Source: Obrimoposthia wandeli
Taxonomy: Eukaryota
Reading direction: 5' to 3'
Assembly (NCBI GenBank): GCA_977020255.1
Contig: CDROCS010000506.1
Span: 372,001-436,000 of the forward strand
DNA: 64,000 nucleotides
Below the pieces are notes generated by a model. The model was not told the origin of the DNA. It did no database searches and saw nothing but the letters and a program-made list of their open reading frames with translations. Shown piece after piece: positions 10,744-20,242 of the stretch. The translations under genes and the position numbers were made by a program. Position 1 is the first letter of the stretch; every line of letters begins with the position of its first letter.

Positions 10744-12402
10744 ATGAAAAAAACAACATTATCTATAGCTTGCATCTGCTTTTTACTCACCGCATGCGAT
10801 GATTCGAATTCAAATCTGGTGCAAACGACAACGACACCTACACCTACAACTACAACTACACCACCAACAACTACACCAACAACTACAACAGCGGTCAAAA
10901 TTAAAGCCAGTGATATCACGCCAATATCTATTACACAGATAAAGTTTAGCGCTCCGGATGTTACCGCTACCAATACTACTGAGGTCAAAAATATCAAAAC
11001 CAATTTTGGTGAAGCAAGTATAAATCTGCTCACGGGTGAGATAACTTTTAGTCCTTACGCTGCAGATAGTAGTAACATCTTAAGTGCCGAAAGCATTGCA
11101 GCTCAACACAACTACAATTTTAAAATAAGCTATCAAATAGATAACACGATTTATCAACTTAATGGCTCTGTATTACCGCTATATAACGACAAATCAAATA
11201 AGCCAGCAGCACGCTTTAGTAAAATAAGCCTGAATGGAACACCGTTATCAGCTGAAGATCAAGCGCGACCAGCCAATGCTAGTGACTGGCACTGTGTCAC
11301 CGACAATAGCAGCGAATTGATGTGGCAAGTACCGCAGGCAAATGGTGAATATGCATTTGATGCGACTTACTATTGGGGTGATCGCACGGTCAACCATCGT
11401 GATTACAGTGAAGCCAGTTGTATACTTGGCGGTGACTGCAATACCGATAATCTGGTTGCAACAGTAAATACACAAAAACTGTGTGGGCGTTCCGACTGGC
11501 GTTTAGCAACGCGGGCAGAATGGCAAACACTATTAGATAAAAAATTGTTTGATGAAGATTCAAAACAATCACCCATTAACAACTTCTATTTTCCGTATGT
11601 CGATTCCAATTATGATGAAGCATATTGGACTAACTCATTCACTATTTATGCCAATGGTCACGATGAAAAACATGTGGCAGGTGATTGGCAAGGCTCAAAC
11701 GCCCTTGTTGGTGATGCCCATGTGATGTGGATGACTGAAGATTTTGACTTTGCCAATATGCCGCCACGTTCAACCAATGAACCGCACTTCACTATGTTAG
11801 TAAACGGCACTGTTATTCCAGATAAAAAAGATAATGAAGTCCCGGAGATAACAGCACTATTAGCACAGCAAGATATCGCCGAAGGCGTTGATGAAAATAT
11901 TGATTGGCAATCACGCTTTGTTAAACACGGTGAATTAGGACAAGCGTTAGCAGACCAAGACGCGCTAGAGTGGAATTGCACTTCAGATCTAGCATACAAA
12001 TCAGCATTACCAAACACGCAAATTTTATGGCAACGCATCAGTAAAACTGAACCACTGAAAAATCACGCGCAAGCCATAGAATACGTTAAGCAAATCAATC
12101 AAGCGAATGAATGCGGACAAACCAACTGGCGCTTACCAACCGAGAATGAATTACAGAGTCTCTTGGTGAATACCTCAATATCAGGTTACCCAAGTTCACG
12201 TGCAAGCTATGTGACCAGTGTGTTTGATGATACAAACGTAGATTATGATAGCTATTACTGGACTTCAACTATCGAATCATATTTTCCTAAAACAAAACAC
12301 GGCGCAGTCCCATTTCAAGATGGATTTTCTGTAAGTAGCCAAATCGCTAATACCGAAATGATACGTGTGCGCCTGATCTCAACAACGAGATTACAACCAT
12401 AA
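10744..12402 (+). CDS. Lipoprotein with Thr/Pro linker and two DUF1566 (Lcl C-terminal-like) domains
   Basis: Lipobox LLTA-C. DUF1566 motifs: CVTDNSSELMWQ, LCGRSDWRLATRAEWQTL, ECGQTNWRLPTENELQSL, YYWTST. Confidence 0.8.
   Translation: MKKTTLSIACICFLLTACDDSNSNLVQTTTTPTPTTTTTPPTTTPTTTTAVKIKASDITPISITQIKFSAPDVTATNTTEVKNIKTNFGEASINLLTGEITFSPYAADSSNILSAESIAAQHNYNFKISYQIDNTIYQLNGSVLPLYNDKSNKPAARFSKISLNGTPLSAEDQARPANASDWHCVTDNSSELMWQVPQANGEYAFDATYYWGDRTVNHRDYSEASCILGGDCNTDNLVATVNTQKLCGRSDWRLATRAEWQTLLDKKLFDEDSKQSPINNFYFPYVDSNYDEAYWTNSFTIYANGHDEKHVAGDWQGSNALVGDAHVMWMTEDFDFANMPPRSTNEPHFTMLVNGTVIPDKKDNEVPEITALLAQQDIAEGVDENIDWQSRFVKHGELGQALADQDALEWNCTSDLAYKSALPNTQILWQRISKTEPLKNHAQAIEYVKQINQANECGQTNWRLPTENELQSLLVNTSISGYPSSRASYVTSVFDDTNVDYDSYYWTSTIESYFPKTKHGAVPFQDGFSVSSQIANTEMIRVRLISTTRLQP
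10825..10890 (+). repeat. Low-complexity Thr/Pro-coding tract
   Basis: ac(a/t/g)/cca codon runs encoding TTTTPTPTTTTTPPTTTPTTTT. Confidence 0.9.
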
Positions 12403-15011
12403 TGACAACACACACATTGAAAAACATACAACGTCAGCTCATGCTCATCACCTGCTGCGCGCTCTTAGCTGCATGCGGTAGTGATAGCTCAGATGATACA
12501 GTGGCCAACTCTGGTGCTGGAGCAAATACTGGTACAGATTCAGGTAATAAGCCGACTTTACAGTTAAGCCCCCGGATCCAGCTAACCCAAGGGCAGACAA
12601 CAACAAAGCAGTACGCCTTAACCGCAACGCAAGAGTTACGCCTGATCCAACCGGGATTAAAGGGTAATGCGAGTGTACAAGGCAGTACATTTACCTATCA
12701 AGCGGATGACAATGCCCAAGGCGCAGACCATGTTAAAATAGCTATTATTTCAAACGATAAAATTGAAACGATAAACTGGCTTATCAGAGTCAATAAGCCA
12801 ACCCCCCGCTTCACAACCTTAGCGCTCGAGGACCCGACTAAAAATAAAGCCTGGCAATGTATTGCCGATGCTCAAACACATCAGGGTCTGGTTTGGGCAA
12901 CACCGCTACAACCGACATCACAAACATATGCGTGGGGAGATTGGCCACCGACCCTGCCCGCCTTTCAAGCGCAGTGTCAGTTCACCGATAGTGACGGTAA
13001 CAGCCAAGCATGTACCACTGATAGACTGGTTGAATACGCTAACCAGCAAAACTGGTGTGGCCGCAATGACTGGCGCTTACCGTCAAGTTATGAAATGAAG
13101 GAACTGGTTAGTGAGCAAGATTATGCACTCGATAATAATCAAGCGGCAATTGACCCTTACTTCTTTGGTGAAACAAGCTTTGAAAGCTACTGGCTAGCGG
13201 ATGATAATGGACAGCCACACAGTGACAATATCGCCCCAACATTCGACTTTGCCACCGGGCGTTACACACCCGTAATGCAAAACAAACGCAAACCTAAATC
13301 AACAATGCTTGTTAGTGGGGTAAAACGTGATCCGACATTACCCTCGGAACAAAAAAAACCACAAGCAGAGAAAGACAGTTTTATCCGCTTAGACAATAAC
13401 GGTCAACCTTTAGCTAAATCACAGCAAAGTGACGACTACAGCGATACACCTTGGCGTTGTCTAGATGATATGCGTGGTTTAGTACGTGATAATTTCTATT
13501 TACGTGATAAGCAGTTTTCCAATGTCTATTGGTTAACTCCAGATCCAGAAGATATCACCAACACCACTCAGACATTATCAAGACAGGTTGGGGTTTCCGA
13601 GCTCATCAATAAGGTTAACCAGGGGCAATTTTGTGGCCGTCAAGACTGGCGATTACCTACAGCCGATGAACTGGCGATGTTGCTCTATAAAGGCGAGCAA
13701 GAAAGTAATTACAACTTGTTATATACAGCATCGTTAAATCAACCTGAATCAGGTGATTATTGGATTAAAACAGCCGCTGATTATGGCTTGTATAGCTTAC
13801 CAGCAATGGCTAGTTTACAACCAAAATCGACGACCGACGCTGACATTGGCCGTGTACTACTGATTGCCACAGAATTTGAACAACGTGCAACGGAAGATCC
13901 ACGTTCGGTAAACAATCACAGTCGACCTAATTTCAACAATCTAAGACAAGTTTATGCCAGTAATAGCGATAACTGGCCACAAGCGTTTGTCGATGATGCA
14001 TTGAATTATCAAGAGTTAGGTGTGATGCCTAAACCCAACTTCCCCAATGACAATCCCTATAGTGAGCGCAAGGTTAGCTTAGGCGAAAAGTTATTCTTTG
14101 ATCCGTTCTTATCGCAAGCGGGTGATGTTAGTTGTTCGAGTTGTCACGATCCAAAACTCGGCTGGGGAGATGGAAAAGAAGTGTCTATCGGTCATGACCG
14201 TCAGCGTGGAAAGCGTAATGCACCCACCATAGTCAACAGCGCTTTTCTACCGACATTATTCTGGGACAGTCGCGCCGCAACGTTAGAGCAGCAAGCATTA
14301 ATGCCCATTCAAGACCCAGTAGAAATGGCTGAAAACTTGCCTCGTTTACTTTCTCGACTTAATGCGCACCCACAATATCCAGCGCTGTTTCAACAAGCCT
14401 TTCCGGAAAATGGCATAAATGCAGATATCACAGAACAGCAATTAGGCATGGCACTGGCGACTTTCCAGCGCACTATTATTAGCAATACGAGTCGCTTCGA
14501 TACGTTTGTCACTCAGGCTGATAATAATGGCGATACCAGTGCACTTTCTGATACAGAATTGTGGGGATTAGATGTGTTTCGTCGTAATGGCCGCTGTGTG
14601 AATTGTCATATGGGTGCAGAATTCACAGACCATAAAATGCAAAACGTCGGATTAACTTATTATCAAGGATTCTATGAGGATCTCGGATTATACAATGTTG
14701 ACGCTCAGCCAAGTAGCGTAGGTAAATTTAAAACACCGTCATTACGTGATGTGATGAACAACCATCCGTGGTTCCACAATGGATTACTCGATACCATGGA
14801 AGGTGTGATATCTATGTATTCAGCGGGTATGGCTGACAATGCGCCATTTGGTTGGAATAAGTATGATCCGATGTATCCGGTATTATCCAAACAGATAAGA
14901 CCGCTCAATCTAACGCTTGCAGAATCGCAGGCATTACAAGCCTTTCTCGAGACAATCACGGCACCGACTCGTCAAGTACCAGCGAGCAAAACGGAGTTAG
15001 CATTAAATTAG
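12402..15011 (+). CDS. Lipoprotein: two DUF1566 domains fused to a C-terminal di-haem cytochrome c peroxidase/MauG-family domain
   Basis: Lipobox LLAA-C; WCGRNDWRLPS and FCGRQDWRLPT; LGEKLFFDP, CSSCH (14133-14147), RNAPT, LFWDSRA, CVNCH (14595-14609), FKTPSLR, PWFHNG. Start overlaps the upstream stop (TAATG). Confidence 0.88.
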   Translation: MTTHTLKNIQRQLMLITCCALLAACGSDSSDDTVANSGAGANTGTDSGNKPTLQLSPRIQLTQGQTTTKQYALTATQELRLIQPGLKGNASVQGSTFTYQADDNAQGADHVKIAIISNDKIETINWLIRVNKPTPRFTTLALEDPTKNKAWQCIADAQTHQGLVWATPLQPTSQTYAWGDWPPTLPAFQAQCQFTDSDGNSQACTTDRLVEYANQQNWCGRNDWRLPSSYEMKELVSEQDYALDNNQAAIDPYFFGETSFESYWLADDNGQPHSDNIAPTFDFATGRYTPVMQNKRKPKSTMLVSGVKRDPTLPSEQKKPQAEKDSFIRLDNNGQPLAKSQQSDDYSDTPWRCLDDMRGLVRDNFYLRDKQFSNVYWLTPDPEDITNTTQTLSRQVGVSELINKVNQGQFCGRQDWRLPTADELAMLLYKGEQESNYNLLYTASLNQPESGDYWIKTAADYGLYSLPAMASLQPKSTTDADIGRVLLIATEFEQRATEDPRSVNNHSRPNFNNLRQVYASNSDNWPQAFVDDALNYQELGVMPKPNFPNDNPYSERKVSLGEKLFFDPFLSQAGDVSCSSCHDPKLGWGDGKEVSIGHDRQRGKRNAPTIVNSAFLPTLFWDSRAATLEQQALMPIQDPVEMAENLPRLLSRLNAHPQYPALFQQAFPENGINADITEQQLGMALATFQRTIISNTSRFDTFVTQADNNGDTSALSDTELWGLDVFRRNGRCVNCHMGAEFTDHKMQNVGLTYYQGFYEDLGLYNVDAQPSSVGKFKTPSLRDVMNNHPWFHNGLLDTMEGVISMYSAGMADNAPFGWNKYDPMYPVLSKQIRPLNLTLAESQALQAFLETITAPTRQVPASKTELALN

Positions 15012-15061
15012 AGAGTAATTAGCTATGCGTAAGGTATGCGCGAGGTATAAATAAGATAAGT

Positions 15062-15097
15062 AATGGGCGGTATCAGCAATGCATACCTGCCCATTTG
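15062..15097. terminator. Probable terminator between convergent genes
   Basis: aatgggcggtat...atacctgcccatt inverted repeat followed by T-rich sequence. Confidence 0.6.
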
Positions 15098-15128
15098 TTA
15101 TTTTTAGCGGCTTATCTATTGCAACAAC

Positions 15129-15887
15129 TTAACGTTCACCCACCAAGTATAAATAAGTGTGTTTCGCGCTGTACTTAGGCGACATATGTACGCCGTAATA
15201 ACAAGGTACCTCGTGCTCACAAACTTGATTAATCACACTAAAGCCCGCATTGATTTTACGTATTGAAATAGGTTCTTTGGTGACAATAATCATCGCTGCA
15301 GAATCACCCATACTGTCGTTGGCAGCGATAGACAATGATTCATCTTCACACGACGCTTCAAAAAAGCGTAACGATTTAGAATTTGAAACTAATGAAGAGA
15401 TATCACTGATGTTGAATTTAAGCAGGTTATTCTGATTCAACACAGTCGCCATGTGATTAACAAAGCGTAATGCAGCAACCGAATGATAGGTACTCATGTC
15501 ATCAATATTTAACCATATCGTGGCGATATAATTATCATCGATGATCTTACGCCTAGAAATATAACCCACAGTGTCTACGTGCGCTTGTTGATAAACAACC
15601 ACGACTATGTCTGATTGTAATAATAAGTCTGATTGTAATAACAAGTCCGATTGTAATGACAAGTCTGACTGTAACAAATGGCTATCACACGTGGCGTCAT
15701 GTTCCGCAGTAATAGTATGCAGGCTAATATCATCATTATTTTCGATATCAACTAACAGAGGATGCTCCATAAATGATAATACTGTAATACGGCTCAGTTC
15801 ATCATTTTTGAGCACTGTTTGGTCCATAGCTCGTTGCATATTCCTTTGCATGTTTTGCTGCATATTTCGCGGCATAGTCTGGTTCAT
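15129..15887 (-). CDS. Hypothetical protein with degenerate FtsZ/tubulin-like region and internal tandem repeats
   Basis: The C-terminal half aligns by eye to the FtsZ H7-T7-C-terminal domain; there is no GGGTG(T/S)G motif. Confidence 0.55.
   Translation of the reverse strand: MNQTMPRNMQQNMQRNMQRAMDQTVLKNDELSRITVLSFMEHPLLVDIENNDDISLHTITAEHDATCDSHLLQSDLSLQSDLLLQSDLLLQSDIVVVVYQQAHVDTVGYISRRKIIDDNYIATIWLNIDDMSTYHSVAALRFVNHMATVLNQNNLLKFNISDISSLVSNSKSLRFFEASCEDESLSIAANDSMGDSAAMIIVTKEPISIRKINAGFSVINQVCEHEVPCYYGVHMSPKYSAKHTYLYLVGER
15610..15676. repeat. 18-nt coding tandem repeat (about 3.7 copies; LLQSDL units in the minus-strand ORF)
   Basis: tctgattgtaataataag / tctgattgtaataacaag / tccgattgtaatgacaag / tctgactgtaaca. 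Confidence 0.9.
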
Positions 15888-16025
15888 GAGCTCTCCCTTT
15901 CATATCATCAACTATTGTTAATATTATGGAATAAAATAAGGAAAACCGTTCAGAAAAATGATGTTTTATGCTATTTATCGGACATTAATCTCTTTATAGA
16001 TACGAATACCGGAAAAATCATAAAG

Positions 16026-16050
16026 AAAAAGCCTGCACAAGGCAGGCTTT
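16026..16050 (-). terminator. Rho-independent terminator of the 16104-17579 gene
   Basis: aaaaagcctgc-acaag-gcaggcttt hairpin; U run on the minus strand. Confidence 0.8.
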
Positions 16051-16103
16051 ATATATAACGATGCTAAAGTTAAGCTAGTTTGATTTAGCCTAGTTAACTC
16101 AAC

Positions 16104-17579
16104 CTACGCTTCATCATTGACATAAACACGGGCTTTTTGCTCACGTTTTTTAGCCAAGCTATTCAAGTGTAAGCCAGACAAGGTCAAGGCAATACCAGTA
16201 ATTGAACCAATTAACGCTAATGAACCAAACCACACTAAACCAACAAGCGTTAAGGTTTCTCTCTTCACTTCTTTATAGTGATCAACATTATCAATATAAG
16301 ACGCCATACGATAAACCTGATTAGATAAAGCCATCGTATTTGCTTCAATCTCAATCACACGAATATCATAACGTAACTTCATATTCGTTTGCTTGATCTC
16401 TTTAATGTAGTCCTTCTCATTTAAGAACTGAACATCAGCCTGATCACGCTTAATTTCTAAGTTACGTAACGCAGTCGTTTTATTCTGAGCTAGTTTTACT
16501 TGTTTCACCGCTAGATTACTATTACTCGCACTCACCGCATTTCTATAACTACGATTAAGCTGTTTTACTTCGTCGTTTTTCTGCTCGATCATATCGTCTT
16601 TCAAGCCGAGTAAATCATTATAATAATCATCAAGGAATTGAACTGACTCTAAATCAGGGCTGTTGTTTTTAACAACAATAGTGTTGTTATTAATGTTGTT
16701 AAGCTGAGTTTCAACATGGCGAATTTTTTCATCGTAATCTTTTTTCACTGCCGGTGAAGTAAAGAAATTCGAGTCATCTAACGCAACAATCTTGTCAGCA
16801 TTTAGCTTATCAAGCTGTACTAACAAACGTGTACGTTCAGCTTGTACTAGATCAGCATTACCTTGAGTACGTTCCATCGAAGATTTAAAGCGTTGCTCTT
16901 TCTTCAATGATAGCTCTTGTAATAGCTCTGATTTTTCAATTTTAAGCTGAATTAATTCTTCTTTTTTCGCTGCTAAGGCTCGGCTTAACTGCGGAATATT
17001 TTTTGATAAACGCTTATTACGTCTTACTTCATTAGCGTATTGCGATTTATAGTTTGCATTGACTACCGAAGTATCATTGTCAATTTGCTGCGTTTTCATA
17101 TTATAGTCTTGCAGTGCAATTTCTATATTTTCTTCATTAATTTTGATCTGATTTTCAATTTTACTGATCTCAATTTCACTGATGTTAATTTGACTATTAA
17201 TCGATGAAAATGCACGTTCAAAACCATTCAGTAAAGTTTCAAAGGTGATAAGACACAAGAAACTAATGATCAACAGATACATCGGGAATGATTTACGTGA
17301 ATGCCAAAGACCAATTACAAAAGGAATTTTGGTTAACTCCACCAGCGAAATCATCACAAAAGGCGCTGCCAATGTGAATGCGCTAGTCAAATTATTGTCA
17401 CTTGTCATTAATGATACCGAAATACAAAGACCGATAAATACCACGATGATCTCAACTAACCAGGCGATTTTACGTAAAAATCGACTATGTTTGTTCAGTT
17501 CAGTAACATCCTTATCGTCTACATTACTGGCAATTTGGCCAGTTCCCATAATATCGCTCATTTGTTTAACATACCTCAA
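16104..17579 (-). CDS. Membrane-anchored long coiled-coil protein (N-terminal TM helices, about 300 aa coiled coil, C-terminal TM)
   Basis: Hydrophobic segments near aa 38-115 and aa 440-470 flank a K/E/Q/N-rich heptad region. Confidence 0.75.
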   Translation of the reverse strand: MRYVKQMSDIMGTGQIASNVDDKDVTELNKHSRFLRKIAWLVEIIVVFIGLCISVSLMTSDNNLTSAFTLAAPFVMISLVELTKIPFVIGLWHSRKSFPMYLLIISFLCLITFETLLNGFERAFSSINSQINISEIEISKIENQIKINEENIEIALQDYNMKTQQIDNDTSVVNANYKSQYANEVRRNKRLSKNIPQLSRALAAKKEELIQLKIEKSELLQELSLKKEQRFKSSMERTQGNADLVQAERTRLLVQLDKLNADKIVALDDSNFFTSPAVKKDYDEKIRHVETQLNNINNNTIVVKNNSPDLESVQFLDDYYNDLLGLKDDMIEQKNDEVKQLNRSYRNAVSASNSNLAVKQVKLAQNKTTALRNLEIKRDQADVQFLNEKDYIKEIKQTNMKLRYDIRVIEIEANTMALSNQVYRMASYIDNVDHYKEVKRETLTLVGLVWFGSLALIGSITGIALTLSGLHLNSLAKKREQKARVYVNDEA

Positions 17580-18167
17580 TAATAAAATGACACTTTCACT
17601 GCGCTACTTCGAGTAACTAAGCAGTAAAGAATACAACCACTGAATTTTCATTCAAAACGCATTAACATCACACATGACAGGTCTCAATCATAATAATTTA
17701 TTATTAATAATAATAATTAAACACTGACATATATGGACTCTAAGCGCGCATATTAACGCTTACACAATAACAACACTATGTCGTTTACGACAAAAATAGA
17801 AAATATAACATATTGCTAAAATACCTATTCACAGCGTCAATAAACCACATTTGCTTATAAAACAAAGCAATAAATATGCCATAACAATACAAGTTATTGA
17901 TATTAATTATGAGTATTGATGAAAATTTATTATATTTTATAAGCTCGATTGGAACTACACAACCGATAGATTGAAGGTAGATTGAAAAGTTAGCTATCAC
18001 CCACGCTCACCACCACATAATCATAAATAGTACATTTATATGTTTTAATTGTGACCTATCACGACTCTAAGCCGTTCGTTAACTATCAATATAATATTAC
18101 TGTTTTAACATTACAAATCAGCTACACTCGAATATTCAACACGTAATTATATTAAAAACCACAGGAT

Positions 18168-19436
18168 GTGATGATGAGCACGACGCTGACAGCGACGCCA
18201 AGTACGTGGCAACAACGAATGAAATCTTTAGGCCCAGGGATCATGATGGCAACAGCAGCCGTTGGTGGATCACATTTAGTGGCATCAACCAAAGCCGGGG
18301 CAACGTATGGTTGGCAACTAATTGGATTGATTTTACTGGTAAACCTGTTCAAATATCCCTTCTTCCGTGCAGGAGTGCAGTACACCTTAGGCACAGGTAA
18401 AAGCTTGATCCAAGGTTATGCTGAAATGGGTAAAGGCTATTTGTGGCTGTATACCGGTTTAAACGTCATATCTGGCATTGTAAATACTGCCGCATTGTTA
18501 CTCTTTAGTGCCAGCTTACTTGGCTACTTTCTGCCTTGGGCTATCCCGTTAACAACATTAGCAGCGATTGTATTAGCTATTTGCTTAGTCATCTTACTTG
18601 CTGGTCATTTTAAAGCGCTGGATAAATTGTCTAAAGCGATTATGGCCGTCTTGGTTGTCACCACAGTAGCAGCAGTCGTTATTGCACTTAACCAAGGACC
18701 GGTAGCGCCAACAGATTACGTTAGCCCTTCGCCTTGGCAAGTATCTGCGATTGGCTTTATTGTGATCATGATGGGTTGGATGCCAGCCCCGATTGAGATC
18801 TCAAGTATTACCTCGCTGTGGTTGAAGAACCAACAAAAGGAACAACAGGTCACTGCCGACTCAGCGTTATTTGATTTTAATGTTGGCTACATAGGCACCG
18901 CATTGCTCGCTGTGGCTTTTGTTATTCTTGGCGCATTGGTATTACACGGTAATGGCGCCGAGCTTAAAAGTTCCGGTATTGGTTTCTCACATCAGTTAGT
19001 GGGCATGTATGCGCAAACAATTGGCGAATGGTCAGGTAACTTAATTGCGATCGTGGCTTTCTTTTGTATTTTCGGCAGTACCATTACCGTGATAGATGGT
19101 TATTCACGTGCATTGGCTGAATCGCAACTGTTAATCACTAACAAAGCATTAGGACAACGTAAGTATCATCAAGTGTGGATGATTGCAGTGAGTGCATGTG
19201 CCTTAGCTATCTTGTTATTCTTTACCTCATCACTCATGGATATGCTTAACTTTGCGATGGTATTAGCGTTTATGACAACGCCTATCTTTGCACTGATTAA
19301 TTACCTGTTAGTGACTCGTACAGAACTGCCAACAGAATTAAAACTCTCCACCGGCATGAAAGTGTTGTCGTGGGCAGGCTTGATTTATCTGTTTAGTTTC
19401 TTGGCCGTGTTCATCTGGTGGAAGTGGTTGATGTAA
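18168..19436 (+). CDS. NRAMP-like divalent metal cation transporter
   Basis: LGPGIMMATAAVGGSHL, GATYGWQL, GWMPAP; about 11 TM helices. Confidence 0.82.
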   Translation: MMMSTTLTATPSTWQQRMKSLGPGIMMATAAVGGSHLVASTKAGATYGWQLIGLILLVNLFKYPFFRAGVQYTLGTGKSLIQGYAEMGKGYLWLYTGLNVISGIVNTAALLLFSASLLGYFLPWAIPLTTLAAIVLAICLVILLAGHFKALDKLSKAIMAVLVVTTVAAVVIALNQGPVAPTDYVSPSPWQVSAIGFIVIMMGWMPAPIEISSITSLWLKNQQKEQQVTADSALFDFNVGYIGTALLAVAFVILGALVLHGNGAELKSSGIGFSHQLVGMYAQTIGEWSGNLIAIVAFFCIFGSTITVIDGYSRALAESQLLITNKALGQRKYHQVWMIAVSACALAILLFFTSSLMDMLNFAMVLAFMTTPIFALINYLLVTRTELPTELKLSTGMKVLSWAGLIYLFSFLAVFIWWKWLM

Positions 19437-19520
19437 CGTCAAGCTAACGCAAGAAGATAACGCGATAAAATAGCGCAAGGTGTTATGATGGCCATAGCAC
19501 CTTGCGATTTCACTATTAAC

Positions 19521-19565
19521 ATTCACGACCGGACCATTCACAACTGGACTATTCACAACAGGCCC
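19521..19565. repeat. 15-nt degenerate tandem repeat (3 copies)
   Basis: attcacgaccggacc / attcacaactggact / attcacaacaggccc. Confidence 0.75.
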
Positions 19566-19580
19566 CCTACTACTGGAACT

Positions 19581-20117
19581 ATGACCATGTTTAACAAAGC
19601 CTACATTATTGCCTTCTGCTTACTATTTTCACTCAATGCCGCCGCCAAAGAAATGAGTCGAATGACCCTTGAAGACGGCACCGAGATTATACTGAATGAC
19701 GATTTCACTTGGCAATACGTACTATTGACAGGATCTGAGCCTCTAACAGCGCAATTAACCCCTGCTGTCATGGCTAACTCAGCATTGATGACCAGCGCAG
19801 TATCGCAAGGCGTGCGGGTGACATTCAAATCTGCGCAATGGGATGATGAAGAGCTAGGGCTGGATTTCAGTATTGATAATACCTCGGCATTAACTGTGCT
19901 TAAGGTGACGGTTGCCGCAACATTATTTGACGATGGTGGCAATAAGATAACAACTACCGAATTTAATGTATGGCAGGCGCAAAATAGATTACCAGAAACC
20001 TATTTACGTAAAACTCAGCAGCGTGATAGCCGCATTTTCAAACTTGATGGTATTGACCCCGCACAATGGCAAAAACAGTTCATTAGTCTTAATATCATTG
20101 CTGTAGAAACGCGATAA
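19581..20117 (+). CDS. DUF3157-like exported protein
   Basis: Signal peptide followed by LEDGTEIILNDDFTWQYV. Start moved from the 19485 ORF start to the ATG at 19581/19587. Confidence 0.7.
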   Translation: MTMFNKAYIIAFCLLFSLNAAAKEMSRMTLEDGTEIILNDDFTWQYVLLTGSEPLTAQLTPAVMANSALMTSAVSQGVRVTFKSAQWDDEELGLDFSIDNTSALTVLKVTVAATLFDDGGNKITTTEFNVWQAQNRLPETYLRKTQQRDSRIFKLDGIDPAQWQKQFISLNIIAVETR

Positions 20118-20242
20118 CACACTACGTTTCACAATTTAAAACAAAGGCTTAACTATAATCAGCCACATTTTATGTTTTACACTATACTCAAATACATTGT
20201 TAACGGAGTACACAATTTTCAATGTATGAGGAAGAAACTAGC

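Noticed and set aside
10744-15011. DUF1566 genes as diversity-generating retroelement targets
   Set aside because: No reverse transcriptase and no near-identical template repeat with A-specific mismatches is visible in the window; a remote DGR cannot be excluded.
15607-15921. Plus-strand ORF MSDCNNKSDCNNKSDCNDKSDCNK as a Cys-repeat peptide
   Set aside because: It is the antisense reading of the 18-nt repeat inside the minus-strand ORF, with no clear RBS.
17785-18000. 71-aa minus-strand ORF in the AT-rich intergenic region
   Set aside because: Low-complexity I/F/Y/N composition typical of AT-rich non-coding DNA; no motif.
18000-18167. Metal-sensing (yybP-ykoY) riboswitch upstream of the NRAMP-like gene
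   Set aside because: No recognisable conserved riboswitch core or stable multi-stem structure seen.
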